A stretch of DNA of 64,000 bases from Naegleria gruberi (Eukaryota): assembly GCA_000004985.1 (NCBI GenBank), contig GG738885.1. One strand, written 5' to 3'. Position numbers and translations under genes: made by a program. Shown piece after piece: positions 57,181 to 64,000 of the stretch. Under the pieces are notes generated by a model that saw only the letters and a list, made by a program, of their open reading frames with translations, searched no databases and was not told the DNA's origin. Every line of letters starts with the position of its first letter. Position 1 is the first letter of the stretch.

Positions 57181-58201
57181 TTACAACAGACTACATTTGC
57201 CAGACTTCTTCTTTTCTGAGCTTTGATCTGGACTCTTTGGATCCAAAACACATTCGATAACATAGTTGAAAGTTTCCTTCAATCCTTCTTGTGATTTAGC
57301 AGAACATTCCGAATAGTATTGAGCTCCAACTTCCTTGGCTACTTTTTGTCCTTCTTCTGAAGACACTACTTGTAATCCTTCTCTTTGAAGATAGTCTTTA
57401 TCCTTACGAAGATCAGCCTTAGTTCCTGTGAGAACAATTGGCACTTTTGGACAGTGCTATTTAAATAATTTAAAGTTGTTTGTTTACATGCATGTAACAA
57501 CAGATATGTGTGCACACAAATTTCAACATATATTGATGTTCAACATGTTAAAAGTATAAAGAATAAATAAATCTTTTCAAGTGGTGTAGAGTACTACTTA
57601 CATGTTTAACTTCCGGAACCCACTTGGCCTTTACGTTCATTAAACTTGTATGATTGACAACAGAGAAGCAGACGAGGAAAACTTGAGCATCAGGATAAGA
57701 CAATGGTCGCAAACGATCATAGCTGAAAATTATTTAGCCTAAAAATTCTTCTACTAGAAGATTACTTACTCACTATTAGAAAGTACAATAAATATTGTTG
57801 ATGAAAATTTGAAATTACTTACTCTTGACCAGCTGTATCCCACAAACCCAAAGATACTGTTGTATTCTTGTACATTACGTTAGCAGACTGTATTTTCACA
57901 ATAAAATTGACGTCAAAATAAAGAGTTTGACAGGTAAATTGTCAAGTAAAAGATGATGAAATAAAGCAGCACCAGCAATGATATTAACAATAATTATTAG
58001 AAACACTCTAATCTCTCAAAATACTTACATAGTTATCAAAGACTGTTGGTACATAGTCTTCTGGGAAAGTATTCGAAGAGAAACTAAACAACATGTCAAG
58101 CTCTCAAAAACAAAACTCATCAACACTACTTACGAAATCAATAAACAAGTTTTACCGACAGCACCATCACCCACAACAACACACTTTATAGAGGTATCCA
58201 T
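57181..58201 (-). CDS. Rho-family small GTPase (Rac-like), 5 exons, CAAX = CSLL
   Basis: Exons on the minus strand are 58134..58201, 58029..58083, 57823..57887, 57602..57722 and 57181..57456. All donors are GTAAGT and all junctions are phase-consistent. The product is [85 protein letters not shown]...[25 protein letters not shown]...[14 protein letters not shown]...[10 protein letters not shown]. Confidence 0.85.
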
Positions 58202-59047
58202 TCTTATTAATTTTTTTCAAGTTGCGCGCGAAAGAGTTTGAATTTTTTTTTGAGTTTTTTAAATTTCAACCGTCGCTGCGAGTTTTTCGCTTCACCCATC
58301 AAATCATTGAGAAAATTTTGTGCAGCCTGAAATTTTGGCTCTTCATAGAATGGCAGCTGTGATGATGATTGGAAATTGTTTGGGCAAATAGTGTGTTGGG
58401 GAAGTGCATTGTTCAGTTGATGTATTGAGTGCTGACTTTTTCTTGGAATGATAAAACACTCCCGAAAGGGGAAGCGTCTTTACAAAAAGAACTTGGAACA
58501 TGTAAGAGCTTATTTGATTGGTGTGGATTAAGGATCATTGTGGTGTAGTGAAGTGGTTTTTGAAATGAATTGTAAATAGCTTGTTCTAAGGGAGAGAAAA
58601 GTTTGGTATTGAGGAATTCGAATAGGCAAGACGAAAGTTGTAGACAATGATGATTTAAATTGGAAATTATTAGAAAAATATGTACGTTGATGAATAAACT
58701 AGTCGACAGGCATCTTTACACATCAAATTTTGGAAACATAGTGCATAATTTACTAACTGACTATTCGAAAGACCTATAATTATAATCAGAAACTGCCATT
58801 TATTCTTGAATTAGTTACCAAGGTCCATTTCCATTATTATGAGATCCTTTTTGCATTCGCTATCCATTGTGTTCGAAACAGGTCATTAGAATTTGCTCAT
58901 CATTTTGAGTTGTCAAAGTACTTTCTCTTCATCTATTAGAAAATGTCAGATCATTGAGACTCTTAACATTTCAAAGAATTTGCAAAGGCGGGAAATATTT
59001 CACATTACAATGATGAGCTAAAGCACAACCATAAAAAAAATCATCAC

Positions 59048-60739
59048 ATGATTTCGTCTGTGCCTCCTCCACAACCTTCTGCAACGGTTGCTGTTGAGGA
59101 TCTCCATCATCAGCCTAGGACCAAATTTACTAACCAGGGCAATAATGAATTGCCTCATCATCATCATCAGCATGATGGTATGGTGGATGATGAAGAGGAG
59201 AGTGTTATGATTCGTTATCATGATCGTCAGAATAATTTTGGAATTTCTGGTAAATTAATTCATGATCGAGATGATGATCAGCAGGGTGTTGGTGGTTCCG
59301 ATCATATGAAGAACAATATCGAATTTCAAAATGTTGAATTATCTTCAAATAATAATGGAAAAGTAATAATGGAGAGGAAGGAGAAGGAAATATTGAGTGA
59401 TCATGGAAATAGAATTGATAGTCAACAACAGGAAGTGGTAAATAATTCATCATTGGAACCAAAAGACAAATATCACATGATTACAATAATATTCTTCATT
59501 CAGGGAATGGGTGAATTATTTCCATGGAATGCAATGTTATCAGCTGTGGATTACTTGTTGGCTCTTTATTCTGAACAAAAAGTCATGTTGTGGATGACAT
59601 CTGTATATAGTTTGATTACTTTAGTGACATTGTTGCTATTGATTAAGTTTGGAACTCATATTAGGTACAGATATAGGATTTATATACCTTATGTAATATT
59701 GATTGGATTATTGATTGCTGTTCCATTACTTTATGTGATTATTGGAAATAGATTGGCTGAATTTATTATTCTAATGGCGATTGTCTCAGTAATGGCTGTT
59801 TGCACAGGATCTATTCAGTCTTCAGTTTATGGAATTTCCAGCAAGTTACCTCATCACTATATGAATACGGTAGTGTCTGGAAGTGCTTTTGCTGGTCTAT
59901 TTATTAGCTTATTGAGGATTTTAACAAAGGTTACCATAGAGAGTGGGTATGAGGAAGTTCCTATTGAGATATTATCAACCTCAACAATTATTTACTTTTC
60001 GTTTTGTGCAGCTCTCAACGTGGTTTGCATTGCTACCTTTATCATTTTGGAAAGGTCACCATTTGTTCAATATTATTTGAATCAGAAAGTGGAAGATCAA
60101 GCTGATGCTAATAGAGATCATGCTGAAATTACATCAATTAAGAACATTTTGACAAATATTTTCAAGAATGTTTGGATTAATTGCTTGACTATATTCTTGA
60201 ACTTTTTCGTATCATTAACAATTTTCCCAGGCCTTTCAAGTGCCATTCCATCCATTTATGTTGGAACCTCTATGGAAACATGGTTGCCAATTTGGTCAAA
60301 TTTGACATTTCAAATCTATGATTTTCTTGGAAGAATTGCATATTATTGGATTGATATATTACCATCTGGAAAATTCATCCCGATTGAGTCACTTCCACCA
60401 ACAACTTCCAAATACGAATTATTTAAAAGAAAATTGAGAGTTTCTACTCAAGAGATAATACTTCTCGTTTTGGTTTTGATGAGATTTATCTTGATACCTT
60501 TATTTATATTTTGCTTGAATCCAATGCTTTTTAAACATGATGCAATTCCATTGATATTCATGTTTGTCATGTCATTGTCAAATGGTTATTTCAACAGCAT
60601 ACTCATGTCGAGTGCTCCTAAGAAATTTGTAAATTTACATGAGAAGGAAATCACAGCAACAACAATGACATTCTTTTTATTGTTGGGAATTTCTGTGGGC
60701 TCAAATTTTGGTCTAATTTTAGGATTAATACTGCTTTAA
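59048..60739 (+). CDS. equilibrative nucleoside transporter (ENT/SLC29)-like membrane protein
   Basis: The ENT-type first TM is IIFFIQGMGELFPWNAMLSAVDY. About 11 hydrophobic segments are present. The N-terminal extension is hydrophilic and H/D-rich. Confidence 0.55.
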   Translation: MISSVPPPQPSATVAVEDLHHQPRTKFTNQGNNELPHHHHQHDGMVDDEEESVMIRYHDRQNNFGISGKLIHDRDDDQQGVGGSDHMKNNIEFQNVELSSNNNGKVIMERKEKEILSDHGNRIDSQQQEVVNNSSLEPKDKYHMITIIFFIQGMGELFPWNAMLSAVDYLLALYSEQKVMLWMTSVYSLITLVTLLLLIKFGTHIRYRYRIYIPYVILIGLLIAVPLLYVIIGNRLAEFIILMAIVSVMAVCTGSIQSSVYGISSKLPHHYMNTVVSGSAFAGLFISLLRILTKVTIESGYEEVPIEILSTSTIIYFSFCAALNVVCIATFIILERSPFVQYYLNQKVEDQADANRDHAEITSIKNILTNIFKNVWINCLTIFLNFFVSLTIFPGLSSAIPSIYVGTSMETWLPIWSNLTFQIYDFLGRIAYYWIDILPSGKFIPIESLPPTTSKYELFKRKLRVSTQEIILLVLVLMRFILIPLFIFCLNPMLFKHDAIPLIFMFVMSLSNGYFNSILMSSAPKKFVNLHEKEITATTMTFFLLLGISVGSNFGLILGLILL

Positions 60740-60865
60740 TATATTAAGGATTATAATCTTTGCAATATTTCATTCAATTAATCGTATGAAACCCAATTTA
60801 CCATTTTTTATTAAGATTATTAAGGCGAACTTGGTCTGTTATTGAAAATTTGAACACTACCAAGA

Positions 60866-60939
60866 GCGCCGTTAGATCAGTTGGTTAGATCGTCAGCTTT
60901 ACACGCTGAAGGTCAAGGGTTCGACTCCCTTACGGCGTA
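60866..60939 (+). tRNA. tRNA-Val (anticodon TAC)
   Basis: GCGCCGT-TA-GATC-AGTTGGTTA-GATC-G-TCAGC-TTTACAC-GCTGA-AGGTC-AAGGG-TTCGACT-CCCTT-ACGGCGT-A. The anticodon and T stems are perfect. Positions 1:72 form a G:U pair. A T5 run starts 3 nt downstream. Confidence 0.85.
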
Positions 60940-60941
60940 AC

Positions 60942-60946
60942 TTTTT
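60942..60946 (+). terminator. Pol III T-run terminator after tRNA-Val
   Basis: TTTTT. Confidence 0.5.
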
Positions 60947-60964
60947 ATCATATTGATTATTTTA

Positions 60965-63900
60965 TTATTTGTGATTACAAAAATCTTGTGGTTTGGGTCT
61001 TTTACTTGGATCCCGTCTAACCATTTCTGTAATTTGTGTTATCAACTCGGCAGAATATTTGTTGCCAGAACCAGTATTCATTTGATTTTTCAAAATCTCT
61101 TCCACTTGTTCTTCATTCTTTGTCAGGAAATAGTGACTAATGGAGGTGCTTACATCTTTTGAAATAAGTTGATAAAGAGTCACTCCCAATGAATAAATAT
61201 CAGTCTCTGGTCCATAATTCGATCCAAGACCTAATTCAGGAGAGCAATACAATGGCGTTCCAGCGTATGATTTGTTTGAAGTGCTATTGTCTCTGGCCAA
61301 GCCAAAATCTGCCAAAACAATTTGAATGTTAGTATTGGAAATCTCCTTAATAAAAATATTGGACGGCTTAATATCTCTGTGAATTAGTTTCTTTTCATTG
61401 TGAATAAAATCGAGGGCCCTGCCCATTTGTTCAATGATTTGTCTCAAAATTTCCTCCGTACAAAACTCAGGGTTTTTAAGTAAATAGCTCAAATCTCCCT
61501 TCTCATAGTAATCCATTTCAATGAATAGAAGTTCTTCCTGATCAATAAAAAGATCATTCACCTTGACAATATTTGGATGATTCATATTCAATAATTGGAG
61601 ACCTTCCTTCATAAATAAACTCAATTCAGAGTATGAGTTAAATCTCATAGCTTTAAGAACTCTAGGATTATTGTTTTGATCTAAACATTTAAATACTGAT
61701 CCAAATCCTCCAGCTCCAATCTTTTGCAGATTAGAATATCTTGAAAGCGGATTAAAAGCATCTGTTATACTTGAGCTTGATCCGGATTTAACAGATCTAA
61801 CATTAGTTGAAGTTTTAAAGAAATACGAAACCTCGTCAGGATAATCTGAGAAAGTTCCAGTTGTGGTCGAAATATCCAATGTGGAAAGGTTTGAATTTTT
61901 CAATTCTACATCTGAAACTGTAGCAATGGAACTATTAGATTGTTTCTTCTTTTTCTTACATAGCACCACCACAGCAATGACAATTATTATAGCAATTAGT
62001 ACCAAAATCAATAGAATTGAGAGAATGGGCACGAGGGTTGCTATTAAAATGATTCTTGTTGTTGATTCCTCCACAGATGTATTTGAATTGATTTCACACT
62101 GAGTTCCATTCCAATTCTTTTGACAGGAGCAAGTATTTGGAGAAATACATTGTCCTTGATTGGCTCCTCCACAAGCTCCATCTTCAGTTTTTCCAAAACA
62201 AATTGGAATGCAAATTGTTGCATCAATTGAAGATACAGAAAAATTATCTGAGCAGTATGGACTCATTAAGGTAACTCGTTTTCTCAACTCAATCATGGCA
62301 AAAACACCAGTTTTCGAATTGAATGAAAGAGAGATTGGAGTTCCAATGCTAGTATTTGTTGGATACATTGTTGGGGAAGATAAAATATTTGATCCATTAC
62401 CTGCTATAGTAAAGAGTGTTCCATTGGTTGATATTTTCCTAACTCGACTCAATTCTATAAAAAAGACCTCTCCTATTGTATTGACAAAGATGGATTTGGG
62501 ACTTGTCAGCAATGTAGATGATGCAGCATTGACATTTTCTCCAGAATATCCATTACTTCCTTTCAGTCCAGCAATGGTTGAAATAGTTCCCTCTTTTGAG
62601 AATTTTCTAATTCGGTAGATATCTGAAAAGTAGAGTTCTGATTTTTGTTCATGGAAGAATAACCCAGCTGGTTTGTAAATCCCAACAAGAGATCGATCAA
62701 TTCCATCTGAAGTATCATCAGTTCCATTTCCTGAATAAACCTGAAAGTTATTTTCGAAACCGACATAAAGATAAGTTGTTGTGCTTTGAACAGCATCCAT
62801 AAAGTAAATCTTTCCACTTGAATCCACATGAATGAAATCTTTGACGATTGTGAATGAACTGAATAGTGTTTTCACATTTCCATCTTTCGAATATTTCAAC
62901 AATCGTGAATTGTCAATTACATAGAGATTATCATTATGTGAAAAAACAGCTGTCGGTGTCTGCATCTTGAATGAAGAGATGGATCCTTCAGCCATATTAA
63001 TTCCTCCAAGGAAAGGACCTGCATAGGTGTTGAATGTTTTTTGAGCTACATTTCCTTTGATAATTCTATTGTAAGTAATGTCAGTAACATAAAAATCACC
63101 TGTGGAAGCCAATGAAACTCCCACAATTATCTTCTTTCCTTTTGGATCGTTAACGATTCTGTCAGGAAGTCTCCTTGTTCCAAATCCTGCTATTGTTGTG
63201 AAAATAGTCGAATTGGTCGAGTATTTACGAATGACACTATTCAAAGTATCTCCTATTATATAATCTCCATTATTATCCAAACAAAATGAGTGTGGATATC
63301 TCATTCTCGCAAGTGTTCCTGATTGATAATCTCCTAAAAACCCCTTAGTTAATGTTCCAATAAGCTTTTGTTGTTTTATGCTTATATCTAGCACATAGTG
63401 TCCAAATGCATTGACATAATACTTTTCATTGGCATTGGTATAAACAATTGAGGTTGGGGTATGGATAGTGCTAAGAGTTTGAGAGTTTCCGTATACTGAT
63501 TGTGTTGAAATGTCAAAATCTCTAATTAAATAGTTTTTCGTATCAGCCACAGCCAATATTGTCCCTTTCAGAAGAGCAAATCTTGGAAATTTCAACATGA
63601 TATCAGATAAAACTAAAGTGCTAGGTGGTTCTTTGCCTCCGAATTGAGTTCCTAAAATGGTGGAACTGGTTGAATTGAAGACTTTTCGAATTCTATGATT
63701 GAAAGTATCTGAAACAATTAAAATATCTCCAGAAAAACTCAAACCTTGTGGATTATTCAATTGTAAATTCAGTAAATCACTTCCTTCACCATTATATCCA
63801 GGAATTCCACTTCCCATGAATCTATAAATTCGTCCACTTGTTGAATCAACTCTCAAAATCCGATGATTATGTGTATCTGAAATGAATAAATCTTGTGTGG

Positions 63901-64000
63901 AGGGTTGAATTGCAATTTCGTATGGGTAATTGAGTGAAACATCGGTGGCCAGTAATCCATCAATATTATTGTCGAAACCTGCAACTCCTTTTCCTGCCAC
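60965..64000 (-). CDS. receptor-like protein kinase: NHL-repeat ectodomain + EGF-like module + single TM + Ser/Thr(-like) kinase domain; 5' end beyond window
   Basis: The ORF is open to the window edge. NHL-type units carry NHRILRVD/FNHRIRKVF. The EGF-like module is CGGANQGQCISPNTCSCQKNWNGTQCE. The TM is IILIATLVPILSILLILVLIAIIIVIAVVVL followed by KKKKK. The kinase motifs are IGAGGFGSVFKC, VLKAMRF, HRDIKPSNIFI, DFGLARD, GTPLYCSPE. Confidence 0.75.
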   Translation of the reverse strand: MAGKGVAGFDNNIDGLLATDVSLNYPYEIAIQPSTQDLFISDTHNHRILRVDSTSGRIYRFMGSGIPGYNGEGSDLLNLQLNNPQGLSFSGDILIVSDTFNHRIRKVFNSTSSTILGTQFGGKEPPSTLVLSDIMLKFPRFALLKGTILAVADTKNYLIRDFDISTQSVYGNSQTLSTIHTPTSIVYTNANEKYYVNAFGHYVLDISIKQQKLIGTLTKGFLGDYQSGTLARMRYPHSFCLDNNGDYIIGDTLNSVIRKYSTNSTIFTTIAGFGTRRLPDRIVNDPKGKKIIVGVSLASTGDFYVTDITYNRIIKGNVAQKTFNTYAGPFLGGINMAEGSISSFKMQTPTAVFSHNDNLYVIDNSRLLKYSKDGNVKTLFSSFTIVKDFIHVDSSGKIYFMDAVQSTTTYLYVGFENNFQVYSGNGTDDTSDGIDRSLVGIYKPAGLFFHEQKSELYFSDIYRIRKFSKEGTISTIAGLKGSNGYSGENVNAASSTLLTSPKSIFVNTIGEVFFIELSRVRKISTNGTLFTIAGNGSNILSSPTMYPTNTSIGTPISLSFNSKTGVFAMIELRKRVTLMSPYCSDNFSVSSIDATICIPICFGKTEDGACGGANQGQCISPNTCSCQKNWNGTQCEINSNTSVEESTTRIILIATLVPILSILLILVLIAIIIVIAVVVLCKKKKKQSNSSIATVSDVELKNSNLSTLDISTTTGTFSDYPDEVSYFFKTSTNVRSVKSGSSSSITDAFNPLSRYSNLQKIGAGGFGSVFKCLDQNNNPRVLKAMRFNSYSELSLFMKEGLQLLNMNHPNIVKVNDLFIDQEELLFIEMDYYEKGDLSYLLKNPEFCTEEILRQIIEQMGRALDFIHNEKKLIHRDIKPSNIFIKEISNTNIQIVLADFGLARDNSTSNKSYAGTPLYCSPELGLGSNYGPETDIYSLGVTLYQLISKDVSTSISHYFLTKNEEQVEEILKNQMNTGSGNKYSAELITQITEMVRRDPSKRPKPQDFCNHK

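Noticed and set aside
1-64000. Prokaryotic-style features (operons, RBS, CRISPR-Cas, toxin-antitoxin, phage or defence islands)
   Set aside because: Spliceosomal introns, Pol III genes, histone-fold, snoRNP and Rac genes, and the gene spacing show this is eukaryotic nuclear DNA. No prokaryotic system is present.

Overview
This window reads as eukaryotic nuclear DNA, not prokaryotic. About 66% is A+T. Genes are spaced at roughly one per 1.7 kb, and many are interrupted by short (35-125 nt) GT-AG introns whose donors are almost always GTAAGT or GTGAGT. Pol III genes are present: two 5S rRNA copies and two tRNAs, each followed by a T-run. I support about 36 protein-coding genes. Several ORF-track pieces are exons of one gene; I joined them by finding phase-consistent GT...AG junctions by eye. 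Confident calls are a ribosomal protein S27e, a NOP56 snoRNP protein, a CCAAT-factor NF-YC histone-fold subunit, a multi-exon cytochrome P450, a serpin, a Rac/Rho-type GTPase (5 exons), a homocysteine S-methyltransferase, an SGNH hydrolase, a GT34 glycosyltransferase, several RCC1-repeat proteins, and a large secreted EGF-repeat protein. Less certain calls are an ENT-type nucleoside transporter, an UNC93-like MFS transporter, two DUF4116-repeat proteins and a VIT+vWA protein. Three items deserve attention. First, a two-TM receptor combines a CHASE-like ectodomain with a cytoplasmic PAS-like region and an RGS domain. Second, an NHL-EGF-TM-kinase receptor kinase runs off the 3' end of the window. 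Third, a pair of near-identical, inverted LRR (ribonuclease-inhibitor type) genes brackets about 29.6 kb; one is followed by a degenerate tandem copy and the other carries an 8-bp deletion. The gene content (RI-type LRR family, many RCC1 genes, DUF4116 repeats, short GTAAGT introns, AT-richness) suggests a heterolobosean or Naegleria-like amoeboflagellate, but that is inference only. I found no CRISPR, operon-like or other prokaryotic defence system, and no self-contained undescribed system. The most novel-looking items are listed as findings. Coordinates of splice junctions were derived by hand and may be off by 1-2 nt.
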